IMG/VR virus record: IMGVR_UViG_3300037424_000553
Location: 64,947-97,311 of that record
Length of the DNA stretch: 32,365 nucleotides
Strand: one strand, 5' to 3'
Source of the DNA: a virus
Shown: piece after piece, positions 8,128-16,445 of the stretch
Layout: each line of letters begins with the position of its first letter
Numbering within the stretch: position 1 is the first letter of the stretch
Position numbers and translations under genes: made by a program
Notes under the pieces: model-generated
What the model was told of the DNA's origin: nothing
What the model saw: only the letters and a program-made list of their open reading frames with translations
Database searches by the model: none

Positions 8128-9107
8128 AGCACCAACTCCGGGTAGCGATCCACCATCTCATCGATCTCGTGCCAGAAGAACTTCTTGTCCTGGTACTGAA
8201 ACGCCTTACCGTCATCCACGCGCTCGATCTTCTCCTCATCCGCAAGGAGATCGGCATATCCGCTCCAGGGCAAGATCCCATCGTTGAAGTTGACGATGAC
8301 CTCGCAGCGCCTGAATGGCGGTGACAGCTTGTTCTTGATGCAGTCCACGACAACCCGAATCGCCACGGTCTTGCCATTCTCGATGAATCGCTTGTTGTGC
8401 CCCTGATAGAGCACTCGATGCTCGACCCGGATGCGCTGACTCGCATGAAACCCTGGTGCATCCCCGCCTGGAGTGGTCTCTGTCGGCCCAAACATCACAC
8501 CAACCTTGTGACGCACCTGATTCACGATGATGAGCACTGTCCGCTGCTTGCCGACCACACCGGTCATACGACGGAGCCAGGCCCCGATGCTCTTGGCCTT
8601 GGTCATATCCGCCTTGTCCAGTTCCTTCATCTCGTGCTCAGTCGGGGCGGCGGCGAGTGAATCCATCCCGATACCAAGGATGTCCTTCTTGTTTCGCATC
8701 CTGAAATCCTTGGCGAAGTTGAACTGCTGATGGAACGCCGCTTCCACCGTGACCGGCCGACTATAGTACAACCGTTTGGGATCGACACCGATACGGAGGG
8801 CGAACCCCTGACGATCCTCATTGCCATGATCCATCGCATGCTCGATGTCTTGCAGGACGTTCGTCCCACCAAGCTTCGAGATCTGCGCCATGATCTCCAG
8901 CATCAGGAGCGTCTTGCCACCGGAATACGGACCGTAGATCTCAGTCACACGCTCGAGAGCAATCCCACCACCGAGGATCCGATCGATCGCATGGTTCCCG
9001 GTCGAGACGAATTCCACCTTGGGATTGTACTTGAGGTAGTCGCTGTATACCTGCAACTCTTCAACGTCTACCCGCTCCGTCTTCTCCTTCTCAACCTTTT
9101 TTCTCAT
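8124..9107 (-). CDS. RecA/UvsX-like recombinase
   Basis: VSTG..AIDRILGGGI, Walker A GPYSGGKT, DIEHA, DSLAA, IVNQVR, ETTPGG, KNKLSPPFR; start MRKK after GGAGAGG. Confidence 0.95.
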   Translation of the reverse strand: MRKKVEKEKTERVDVEELQVYSDYLKYNPKVEFVSTGNHAIDRILGGGIALERVTEIYGPYSGGKTLLMLEIMAQISKLGGTNVLQDIEHAMDHGNEDRQGFALRIGVDPKRLYYSRPVTVEAAFHQQFNFAKDFRMRNKKDILGIGMDSLAAAPTEHEMKELDKADMTKAKSIGAWLRRMTGVVGKQRTVLIIVNQVRHKVGVMFGPTETTPGGDAPGFHASQRIRVEHRVLYQGHNKRFIENGKTVAIRVVVDCIKNKLSPPFRRCEVIVNFNDGILPWSGYADLLADEEKIERVDDGKAFQYQDKKFFWHEIDEMVDRYPELVL

Positions 9108-9124
9108 GACCTCTCCCTGGAAGG

Positions 9125-9156
9125 GCGAGCCCACCTAAGTATCTAGGTGGGCCCGC
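9125..9156 (-). terminator. Stem-loop between the SWIB-like gene and the recombinase (possible terminator or processing site)
   Basis: Minus strand GCGGGCCCACCTAG-ATAC-TTAGGTGGGCTCGC, 14-bp stem with wobbles; only a weak U tract follows. Confidence 0.45.
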
Positions 9157-9161
9157 GCTAA

Positions 9162-9329
9162 CTATGCCTTGTTGCCCAGGCCCTTCTCCTTCACGAATGC
9201 CCAGAGCTTCTTGGTCATCTCCGACGGGCCGATGGGCATGCTACCCATGACCGACTCCACTGTCTCCTTGCGTCCGTTGAAGTTGATCGCGTACCCGCCG
9301 AACGCCTTCTTCTTTTTCTTCTCTGCCAT
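9162..9329 (-). CDS. Short SWIB/MDM2-like domain protein (55 aa)
   Basis: VMGSMPIGPSEMTKKLWAFVKEKGL resembles the SWIB core (xxG..P..RxEVTKKLWxYIKxxxL); strong GGAGG RBS before ATG at 9329. Confidence 0.7.
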   Translation of the reverse strand: MAEKKKKKAFGGYAINFNGRKETVESVMGSMPIGPSEMTKKLWAFVKEKGLGNKA

Positions 9330-9364
9330 GATACTCACCTCCCTCTCCTGTGTAGTAGTTTGAA

Positions 9365-9494
9365 GAGACGGAACGCCCCAGTCCCACTCCACGTTCCGCC
9401 CCCAAGCACCAGCGCTTCAGGCAACCTTGATGCAGGCGCAACTGGGGACTTAGGATCCCTCCACCTGCAGCAATCAACTGGGGTCACGCCAGTG
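9365..9494 (-). ncRNA. Candidate structured RNA element (unassigned family)
   Basis: Nested rod 9407-9494 plus an 11-bp hairpin 9365-9402; several G-U pairs work only on the minus (sense) strand. Confidence 0.4.
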
Positions 9495-9499
9495 TATCC

Positions 9500-10828
9500 T
9501 TACCGACGCCGGCTGCTCCGGCTCTCCGGCTCCTTCTCGTCCTTGCCACCCTTCGCACTACCTCTCAGCTTGTCCAGCTCACGCTGGGCCTCATCATCGT
9601 AGTCGTCGTCACCCCGGCCTCTGGCACTCGAGGTCTCTCGATCTCCTCGACCGGTAGCACGGTCGGCCTTGTCGTCATCCCGATCACGACCGCGAGGCCG
9701 ATCATCATCACGACCACGGCCCCGATCATCATCGCCCCGGTCCCGATCTCGACTCGCACGCGCTGGCTCCGGCTCACGATCGCGATCACGGCTCCCACGA
9801 TCCCGGTCATCCCGATCGCGATCATCACGATCCCGGTCATCACGATCGCGGTCTCGACCTCCTCGCGGTTCATCGTGAGCCCGCCCTCGCTCATCCTTGT
9901 CACGGTCACGACTCGAGCGGTCGTCATCCCGATCTCTGTCCCGGCCCTTGGTCTCTCGCTCGTCGCGATCACCACGATCGCGATCACCGCGGCCGCGATC
10001 ACGGTCAGCAGAACGATCATCACGATCATCTCGGTCACGTCCAGACCGAGCGGAGCGCTTCGGTGTGTCATCGGCTTCGCTGTCTGCCCCACGCTCTTTG
10101 GCGATTTCATTGGGGTCCTCCCCATCGATGATCCGTTCCATCTCCTTCGGTGTGAAGATCCGACGCTGGATGTAGTCGTCCAGATCCAGCATCGCCTCGA
10201 CCACACCCTCGGCCACCGGCGACGGATCCCGCTCTGCGAAAATCTCGTACTTGGTATCGTTCATCTTCTTCCCGGTCCGCTTCACGCCGACATCGTAGCC
10301 TTTGTCGGTCTTGAGCAGATCCGGGTACTGCTCGGTGATCAGGGTCATGATGCCCTGATAGATCATCGTGCCGAACGACCACATGATCGGCTTGTCGTCG
10401 TCCTCGTCACGGTCGAGGATCTGCGCCATCCATCGAGGCTGGACGGCCATTTCCTCGGCCATCTTCAGGTCCTTCTCCTTCTTCGAATCCTTCAGCAGGT
10501 CGACGAAGTCGCAGATGGGACAGACCTCATCCTTGGCGACAGACAGCTTCGGGCAGTAAACCGGCGTCTTGCCCGCCTCGCCAAATCCCCAGTGCTGGCC
10601 GACGTACTTGAACCAGGGCTTGCTCTTGTTCAGGGACGGAAGGACGCGAATCCAACTCGTGCCCTCCTTCGGGCCCTTCCAGAACGTGCCCTTCTGACCA
10701 GAGCGACTCTTCGCGTTGGCCAGTTCCTTCTTGTAATACTCCATCATCTTGTCGTCGATGGTCCCCAGGTCGGCGTGAAATGCTTCCTTGCCATCGCGAT
10801 CGCTTCTGTCGCGGTCTCCACGTGCCAT
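9500..10828 (-). CDS. gp32-like single-stranded DNA-binding protein with long Arg/Asp-repeat tail
   Basis: IRVLPS, H...C...CPIC Zn site, GYDVGVKRTG, TKYEI; lies between UvsY-like and RecA-like genes. Confidence 0.85.
   Translation of the reverse strand: MARGDRDRSDRDGKEAFHADLGTIDDKMMEYYKKELANAKSRSGQKGTFWKGPKEGTSWIRVLPSLNKSKPWFKYVGQHWGFGEAGKTPVYCPKLSVAKDEVCPICDFVDLLKDSKKEKDLKMAEEMAVQPRWMAQILDRDEDDDKPIMWSFGTMIYQGIMTLITEQYPDLLKTDKGYDVGVKRTGKKMNDTKYEIFAERDPSPVAEGVVEAMLDLDDYIQRRIFTPKEMERIIDGEDPNEIAKERGADSEADDTPKRSARSGRDRDDRDDRSADRDRGRGDRDRGDRDERETKGRDRDRDDDRSSRDRDKDERGRAHDEPRGGRDRDRDDRDRDDRDRDDRDRGSRDRDREPEPARASRDRDRGDDDRGRGRDDDRPRGRDRDDDKADRATGRGDRETSSARGRGDDDYDDEAQRELDKLRGSAKGGKDEKEPESRSSRRR
9640..10060 (-). 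repeat. Coding low-complexity repeat (RDRDDRD/RGRD units)
   Basis: Degenerate CGTGAT/CGCGAT/CGGGAT repeats that encode the alternating Arg-Asp tail. Confidence 0.85.
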
Positions 10829-10834
10829 GTCGTT

Positions 10835-11377
10835 CTATCTCCTCTCCCTGCGTTGTTGAACTGCATGTCGGTCCTGTTCCCGCTCGACTTCTGCTCTGGC
10901 GATCGTCCCAGCCTTACGGGCCAGGTCGACATCCATCTGCCGCCTGATGTTCGTGGCCAGTGCCACCAGCATATCCCGGCGGTGGGTCATCGCATCCCGC
11001 GCTGACTGGAGGCGATCAACCACTTTCTCCCACTTCAGCTTGTCATCTTCCAACTCCCGATACTTCCTGTTCTGGCTGATACGCGCCGCAACTTCCTTGT
11101 CCGTCGGTTTCTTCTCACCTTCCCCACCATGCTTGTACTCCTCGAAGAGATCTCCCTCGAGGCGATCCATCTTCAGCTTGATGAACGCGATCGCATCCTT
11201 GGCATCGGAGTGCATGGTCGCCCAGAGCGCGAACTTGGCTGGATGATCTGCCAACTCCGTATCGATGTTCCGATCATCGATCGTTACCTCATCGTAGAAG
11301 TTGACCTTCCACGTCTTGCCATTCGGTGTGATAACAGACCACTCGGCGAAGTGATCTCGTAGCTTCAGTGGCGGCAT
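10835..11377 (-). CDS. UvsY-like recombination mediator (coiled coil)
   Basis: IDDRNIDTELADHPAKFALWA start, helical body, KPTDKEVAARI, AMTHRRDMLVAL; position next to SSB and recombinase. Confidence 0.7.
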   Translation of the reverse strand: MPPLKLRDHFAEWSVITPNGKTWKVNFYDEVTIDDRNIDTELADHPAKFALWATMHSDAKDAIAFIKLKMDRLEGDLFEEYKHGGEGEKKPTDKEVAARISQNRKYRELEDDKLKWEKVVDRLQSARDAMTHRRDMLVALATNIRRQMDVDLARKAGTIARAEVEREQDRHAVQQRRERR

Positions 11378-11799
11378 TAGGCTCCACCTCCAATCTGACT
11401 CTCCCTGAGCCGCTGCTGTTCCTGGTTCATCCGCTCCTCAACGATGATACTCTTCCGAATGAACATCTCCTTGAACTTCGACCGGATCTCCGGCATGTAC
11501 ACGGGAATGTTCCAGATGTACTTCTGCGCATCGACGAATTCCTCGATCGCCGCCTCCATGTCGATGGGCCGATCCAGCTTGTGCACCTTGTAGTTGGTCG
11601 CCTTCTCGAGAAATTCGATGAGCTCACCGATCGCGCTGAGCACCATCTTGATCACCATGTCATTGCGTTCGACTGGTGTCAATTCCTCGGGCACTTCCTT
11701 CCCAGGGAACTTCAGCGCAATGACGCGCTCCTGAAACCTCTCTTGATAATCGATGTAATCCTCGAGTGTCTTGAGCGTATTACTCGTCGTTGGTGTCAT
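11377..11799 (-). CDS. All-alpha (dimeric dUTPase / T4 gp56 dCTPase / MazG-type) dNTP pyrophosphatase
   Basis: GELIEFLE...YKVHK...AIEEFVDAQKY metal-binding pattern; start uncertain (11799-11832). Confidence 0.75.
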   Translation of the reverse strand: MTPTTSNTLKTLEDYIDYQERFQERVIALKFPGKEVPEELTPVERNDMVIKMVLSAIGELIEFLEKATNYKVHKLDRPIDMEAAIEEFVDAQKYIWNIPVYMPEIRSKFKEMFIRKSIIVEERMNQEQQRLRESQIGGGA

Positions 11800-14700
11800 C
11801 ATCATCTCCATCCTTCTCGGATTTTTCATCACCCTTGTTGCGCTTGATCGTGTTCTCTCTGAGCTTCGCCCGCTGCTTGTCGGTCAAGCCCGGCACCAAC
11901 AGCTCCCATTCCGTCTCCGGATAGCACGCCACCAAGATCCGATACGACGGTGGGAAGATCAGCTTGCTCCAATAGTAGTCGTGATCGTAGATCCCCTTGA
12001 AGTCGTCGACGTGCACCGCCTGAAGCTTCGGCTTATACCCGGTCACGATATAGGGCACCTTCATGCCCACGTAGAATTCACCACCCGCATCTCTGAACTT
12101 ACGGGCGATCTCAACATGCACGGTCTTGGCCTTGTAACTTTCAATAGCCCGTGCGATACCCTTGGTGATTGTGATCTGCTCGATAGGCAGCTCGCCATTC
12201 AGGACCTTCTCACGCTCGGACATAAGAAAGTCGACGAGATGTTTCCGATTCACCTTCTGCCTGACCACCATCTCGATGATCGTCCGTTGCATGTCCCGGG
12301 CATACTCGATCCCATCCGAGCGCATGCACTCGAGCCCCTTCACCTCGGTGAAGCTCGCCTTCTTCCCCTTGTACATCGTCATCAGCCCTGCGTAGCGCTT
12401 CTTCCGGACAAAGAACATCCGGCTGAAGTAGTTCTCGTATTCCAGCTCGACGAGGAATCGTGACTCTGGAATGCCAAACTTCTCGTAGAGATGTTTCTTC
12501 AGATACTCGTTGCACCCAGCAACGAACGATGCACCCTGATCAGCCGGGAGTTTGATGTACATCGAGTCGGTGTCACCCGCCAGTGGTTCCAATCCTTGGA
12601 GCTTCGTGTAGTCGATCGCCTGCTTGAGGATGTACTGCCCACCAAGCGTGACCGCCTCGGCGACTTTGGGATTGAAGTAGCGACTCTCGACGTTGCCCAT
12701 ATCACCGTAGAAGGAAAGCCCCAGTCGCTTGAACGAATACGCCAGTCTGTAGTAGAGCAGAAACAGATCCGAGCCGACCTCTTGATCGGCCTGGAGCTTC
12801 TGGTAGACCTTCCGTTTCTCACCCGTGTCTTGGAAGATCTCCGGGATGAATCCCTTGCGTGACGTGAGGAACTTTGTCCCTGTCGGCGCGGTCACATACT
12901 CCGAGGGATCGAGCTTCTTCGCCTGCTCATCGGTGATATACGTCTCAGGACTGATGTTCCAGGCGAGCATCACTGATGGATACAGACTCTTGAAGTCGAC
13001 CGCCGCTACATCTTCGAAGATCCCAATCTTAGGATCCAGCACGTACGCCCCTTCGTACATACTTCCTTCAACACCGTACTCCCGCTTCTTGAAGTCGACC
13101 TTCCCACCTTCCTGCATGATGCGAACTTTCTTCGTCGGAAAGTGCATCCCCACCTGCTTGCCACGCTTGAGTAGCAGTGAATCGATTTTCGTGGTGATGT
13201 GATAGTCCCTGGCGAAGCAGTTCCCAATCCGCGAGAAGACCTGGTCAATCTTCGCATAGCCTGAGTGCTGCTCGAGCTGAACAAGCAGATTCGCATCGTA
13301 GCGGTTGTACTCCTCCAGAATGTCTGGCGCCTGCCGGTACAGCTCGAGGAATCGATGGACGTTGAGCCCACGATCCTTACACTTCTCTCGCCAGTCCAGC
13401 TTGCTTGTCTTCAACTGATGCTGCGCGATGGACTGCAATGAGAAGCTCACCATCGCCGATGCCCCACGCTGATGATACCGCTTCCAGGTCCTGAGCAGGT
13501 CAATGGTATGCGTATAGTCCCAGCGCGCTGTGACACCATGCATCCGCATCCGTTGCCGCAGGATCGGGAAGTCGAAGTTGTTCCCGTTCCAGGCATACAT
13601 GATGTCGATCTCTGGCATCTCGCGGGCGAACTTGATGAGCATCATCTTCTCTGAGCGATCGTTCTCCTTCTCGAGCAAGAGGAATCCCTTGCGAGGCTCA
13701 CGACTCTTGTCCTTCCAATGTGTCTCCCAGGCTATCGAGAGAATACGACGTTCGGCAAGATCCCGACGATCGATGAGTGGCTTGGTGTCATCGGTCTCGA
13801 TGTCAATGTACATCTCATCATACGCGCTCTGGATCTTGATGTCGTAGTCTGTGAGAAACCGGCGGGATGGTGTCAGATCCGCTTCGTAGTGCTTGACGCC
13901 CTCCTTCTCGATATCATCTAGCAACTCTCTGAGCAGACGATCCTTGGGATATTTCTTGAGGATGTTGTCGTCCCAGAGTGTGAGGTAACTCTCGAGGAGA
14001 TGCTCCTTCAAGGCCGCGGTACGAATAACCCACCGCTCGGAGTACACCTTGGTCCACTCTGGATTCACTTCATCCGGTTCGAGACGATGAACAGCGCCTT
14101 CCTTCATCCAGTATGCCCAGAACTTCTGCCCAAGCTTGAGTGCGTCTGTCGTCCTGAGATAGAAGTACCAGTTGAAATCGATGCCACCACGAACAACTTC
14201 TTCAGATTTCTGTCCATTGGCATTCGCGTAGACCAGTACAACATTCTTGCCGTCTGACCAAGCTGTGCTGTACTCTCGCTTGTCGTTCCATGGATTCCGG
14301 GAGAACACACCGGACTTGGCTTCCAGGGCGGCGATGACACTCTTGTCCTCTTGATGATGTTCAGTCCTGGTCTGATCGACGTACGTCCCCGTACTCGACT
14401 CCCCGACCAGAACAAGCGCCCGCTGGAGCATGTCCATGACCTTCCGCCGTGTGGTCATGTCCTGCGGGTTGTAGATGAAATGCGCCGGATGATAGAGCGG
14501 AATGATGATGTACCCGTTCTTCTCGATCTCACGCCCAAGCAACTCCTTCATCGGGCTGTTGAGATCCAAGAGGGCCTTCACCGCATAGGCACCCCAGGCA
14601 AGAATCACCCGCGGTTTCACCAGCGCGATTTCTTTCTCCAGCCATTTCTTAGTACAGGTGTCAATCCACTCCTGTTTAGGCTTGGCAATCTTGCCCTTGT

Positions 14701-14941
14701 CGTCGTAACCAGGGAAGCACTTCACAGTATTGGTCACGTACATCTGCGCCCGACTGAAGCCTGCCTCCTCCAACATCTGATCGAACAGAACACCAGACTT
14801 GCCGACCAGCGGGCGCCCCGCCTTGTCCTCACTCGGTCCCGGCGCCTCGGCAACAGACATGATCCGCGCCTTGGACGGTCCTTCGCCAAACACGACCTGC
14901 TTGGACGTCTTATGACAGTCACAGGCTGTGCACCGCATCAT
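11780..14941 (-). CDS. Family B DNA polymerase with N-terminal family-4 uracil-DNA glycosylase-like domain
   Basis: UDG: CTAC, VFGEG, AEAPG, GRPLVG, TNTVKC, YHPA. Exonuclease: DIET, WNGNNFD, YNRYD. Polymerase: DFKSLYPS, KRLGLSFYG, AGDTDS, KKRYAG, KGLE. Confidence 0.95.
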   Translation of the reverse strand: MMRCTACDCHKTSKQVVFGEGPSKARIMSVAEAPGPSEDKAGRPLVGKSGVLFDQMLEEAGFSRAQMYVTNTVKCFPGYDDKGKIAKPKQEWIDTCTKKWLEKEIALVKPRVILAWGAYAVKALLDLNSPMKELLGREIEKNGYIIIPLYHPAHFIYNPQDMTTRRKVMDMLQRALVLVGESSTGTYVDQTRTEHHQEDKSVIAALEAKSGVFSRNPWNDKREYSTAWSDGKNVVLVYANANGQKSEEVVRGGIDFNWYFYLRTTDALKLGQKFWAYWMKEGAVHRLEPDEVNPEWTKVYSERWVIRTAALKEHLLESYLTLWDDNILKKYPKDRLLRELLDDIEKEGVKHYEADLTPSRRFLTDYDIKIQSAYDEMYIDIETDDTKPLIDRRDLAERRILSIAWETHWKDKSREPRKGFLLLEKENDRSEKMMLIKFAREMPEIDIMYAWNGNNFDFPILRQRMRMHGVTARWDYTHTIDLLRTWKRYHQRGASAMVSFSLQSIAQHQLKTSKLDWREKCKDRGLNVHRFLELYRQAPDILEEYNRYDANLLVQLEQHSGYAKIDQVFSRIGNCFARDYHITTKIDSLLLKRGKQVGMHFPTKKVRIMQEGGKVDFKKREYGVEGSMYEGAYVLDPKIGIFEDVAAVDFKSLYPSVMLAWNISPETYITDEQAKKLDPSEYVTAPTGTKFLTSRKGFIPEIFQDTGEKRKVYQKLQADQEVGSDLFLLYYRLAYSFKRLGLSFYGDMGNVESRYFNPKVAEAVTLGGQYILKQAIDYTKLQGLEPLAGDTDSMYIKLPADQGASFVAGCNEYLKKHLYEKFGIPESRFLVELEYENYFSRMFFVRKKRYAGLMTMYKGKKASFTEVKGLECMRSDGIEYARDMQRTIIEMVVRQKVNRKHLVDFLMSEREKVLNGELPIEQITITKGIARAIESYKAKTVHVEIARKFRDAGGEFYVGMKVPYIVTGYKPKLQAVHVDDFKGIYDHDYYWSKLIFPPSYRILVACYPETEWELLVPGLTDKQRAKLRENTIKRNKGDEKSEKDGDDDDTNDE

Positions 14942-15549
14942 GGCACCTTGATTCCTTCTCCGGCATTCAGGCGTCTGAAGACGGCTCTAACAAACGCCCA
15001 CTGATTCTCGTACGACAGTCGCGAGACACCATCGGGATAGAGCAAGGACGCCGGATGATTGACGTACACGCTGATCCATCGATAGGACGCTCGCTCATCA
15101 ACGAGACGCGACTCGTACCACTGACACTTGAATGACTGCGTAAGCCCGATCCGCTTGCCTGCTACATTTCCGAGCGCGACAATGAGTTTCAGGTTGGGCA
15201 ATCTGACGAGCTCACTCTCTAACCAGTCAGCGCACTTGTTGACGTACTCGTCATGTGCCTTGCCCTCGCACTTCATCGCGTTGGTCACATAGAAATCCTC
15301 GAGCCTGAATCCAGCGTCAGTCATGACCGAGCGAAGGATCTCACTGCCCTTGGTCGTCTCTTGAGAATCCCAGAGATGTAACTCAAACGGAATGCGCTTG
15401 GGATTCTGTGGGACCGCATTCCCTGGATTCTGTGCGAGCAGCAGCATCGACGCATCAACATTTCCAATGCCAAGCCCCTTACTCGCCCGGAGCAGGCAAT
15501 GATCGCACTTGCGAATGACGTCGTTAAGTGTAAGTGACTCTAAGACCAT
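14938..15549 (-). CDS. Stand-alone uracil-DNA glycosylase-superfamily protein (Fe-S type)
   Basis: CDHC, LLAQNPG, YVTNAMKC, later C, IVALGNVA, NHPASLLY. Confidence 0.82.
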   Translation of the reverse strand: MVLESLTLNDVIRKCDHCLLRASKGLGIGNVDASMLLLAQNPGNAVPQNPKRIPFELHLWDSQETTKGSEILRSVMTDAGFRLEDFYVTNAMKCEGKAHDEYVNKCADWLESELVRLPNLKLIVALGNVAGKRIGLTQSFKCQWYESRLVDERASYRWISVYVNHPASLLYPDGVSRLSYENQWAFVRAVFRRLNAGEGIKVP

Positions 15550-16063
15550 GATGCCTCATGATCCGCTGGAAATCAATCACCAGCGCATCGATCGAACGTG
15601 TCCCATCGAGGATGTGCGTCTGATACAGATGCGTCGACAGTCCATGCGTCCATCGCTCGTATGCTTGATAAATCTGCGTATGCCGCTCAGTGATGACGCC
15701 CATATCTCCTCGGTCACTCATGCGCCGCTGCGCGACCTCTTGTGGTACACGGAGATAACACACGACAAGTCCGCCCGGCTCCCATGGCCCTCGATAGGCT
15801 GGGATCGGGCGGTTGTAGACTTGCGCGTAGATCGGACCTGTCACGACGGCAAAGCGATCGCAGATATACGTGCTTGCTCGATCGTACATCGATGAGAAGA
15901 GAGCAATGTCGCGTTGTTCCAGTTTGGCGATCTGCTCCCATAGATCTCGATCGAACGGTCCCCAGTTCACAAACTTCATGTTGTCGAACGTGAGGAGTTG
16001 TTTGAGCCGATGGTACAAGGTGGTCTTGCCGCATCCATCGGGTCCTTCGAGAGCGAAGATCAT
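15524..16063 (-). CDS. dNMP kinase (thymidylate-kinase fold)
   Basis: P-loop LEGPDGCGKTT, ICDR motif, lid QRRMSDRG. Confidence 0.85.
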   Translation of the reverse strand: MIFALEGPDGCGKTTLYHRLKQLLTFDNMKFVNWGPFDRDLWEQIAKLEQRDIALFSSMYDRASTYICDRFAVVTGPIYAQVYNRPIPAYRGPWEPGGLVVCYLRVPQEVAQRRMSDRGDMGVITERHTQIYQAYERWTHGLSTHLYQTHILDGTRSIDALVIDFQRIMRHHGLRVTYT

Positions 16064-16287
16064 TTCGGCCCACGTTCCTTGATCATCGCAATCAATTCGT
16101 CACGGATTCCACAGGGCAGGCAGATCTCACGGGGCAGCGAACATTTTGGTTTCTCAAACAACCTGACCAGCAATGCCGCTTCATCCCAGGCTAGCATGAT
16201 GATCGGGACTTCTTTGCCTGTCACATCCTGCATCGTCAGGACATGCGAGCCGGGCTTAAAGTTCATCGTTACACGCTCTGCCATCAC
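16060..16287 (-). CDS. Hypothetical protein
   Basis: 75-aa ORF coupled by overlaps to both neighbours. Confidence 0.6.
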   Translation of the reverse strand: MMAERVTMNFKPGSHVLTMQDVTGKEVPIIMLAWDEAALLVRLFEKPKCSLPREICLPCGIRDELIAMIKERGPK

Positions 16288-16445
16288 ATACTCTCCGTGT
16301 ACAACTCCTTGCCATCAACTGTCCAGCCCTGCAGCTGTAAGTATCTCTCCCATCGCTCTCGCTGCTCCTGAGCATCGCCTTCCGAATACTGACCTTGAAC
16401 TTCCCGACGAATTGTGAGAATGATCGTTGTCTTGGGCATACTCAT
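16284..16445 (-). CDS. Hypothetical protein (53 aa)
   Basis: Manual translation MSMPKTTIILTIRREVQGQYSEGDAQEQRERWERYLQLQGWTVDGKELYTESM; ATGA and GTGA overlaps at its ends. Confidence 0.6.
   Translation of the reverse strand: MSMPKTTIILTIRREVQGQYSEGDAQEQRERWERYLQLQGWTVDGKELYTESM

Noticed and set aside
9330-9499. Possible tRNA, 6S RNA or hammerhead ribozyme
   Set aside because: No cloverleaf or T-loop consensus and no CUGANGA/GAAA core found; kept only as an unassigned structured RNA.
9640-10060. Repetitive DNA considered as a CRISPR array or VNTR
   Set aside because: No constant repeat with unique spacers; the degeneracy follows codon positions of the RD-rich SSB tail.
11780-14941. Intein or intron explaining the large polymerase
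   Set aside because: No intein terminal motifs or homing endonuclease motifs seen; the extra length is the UDG domain and N-terminal region.
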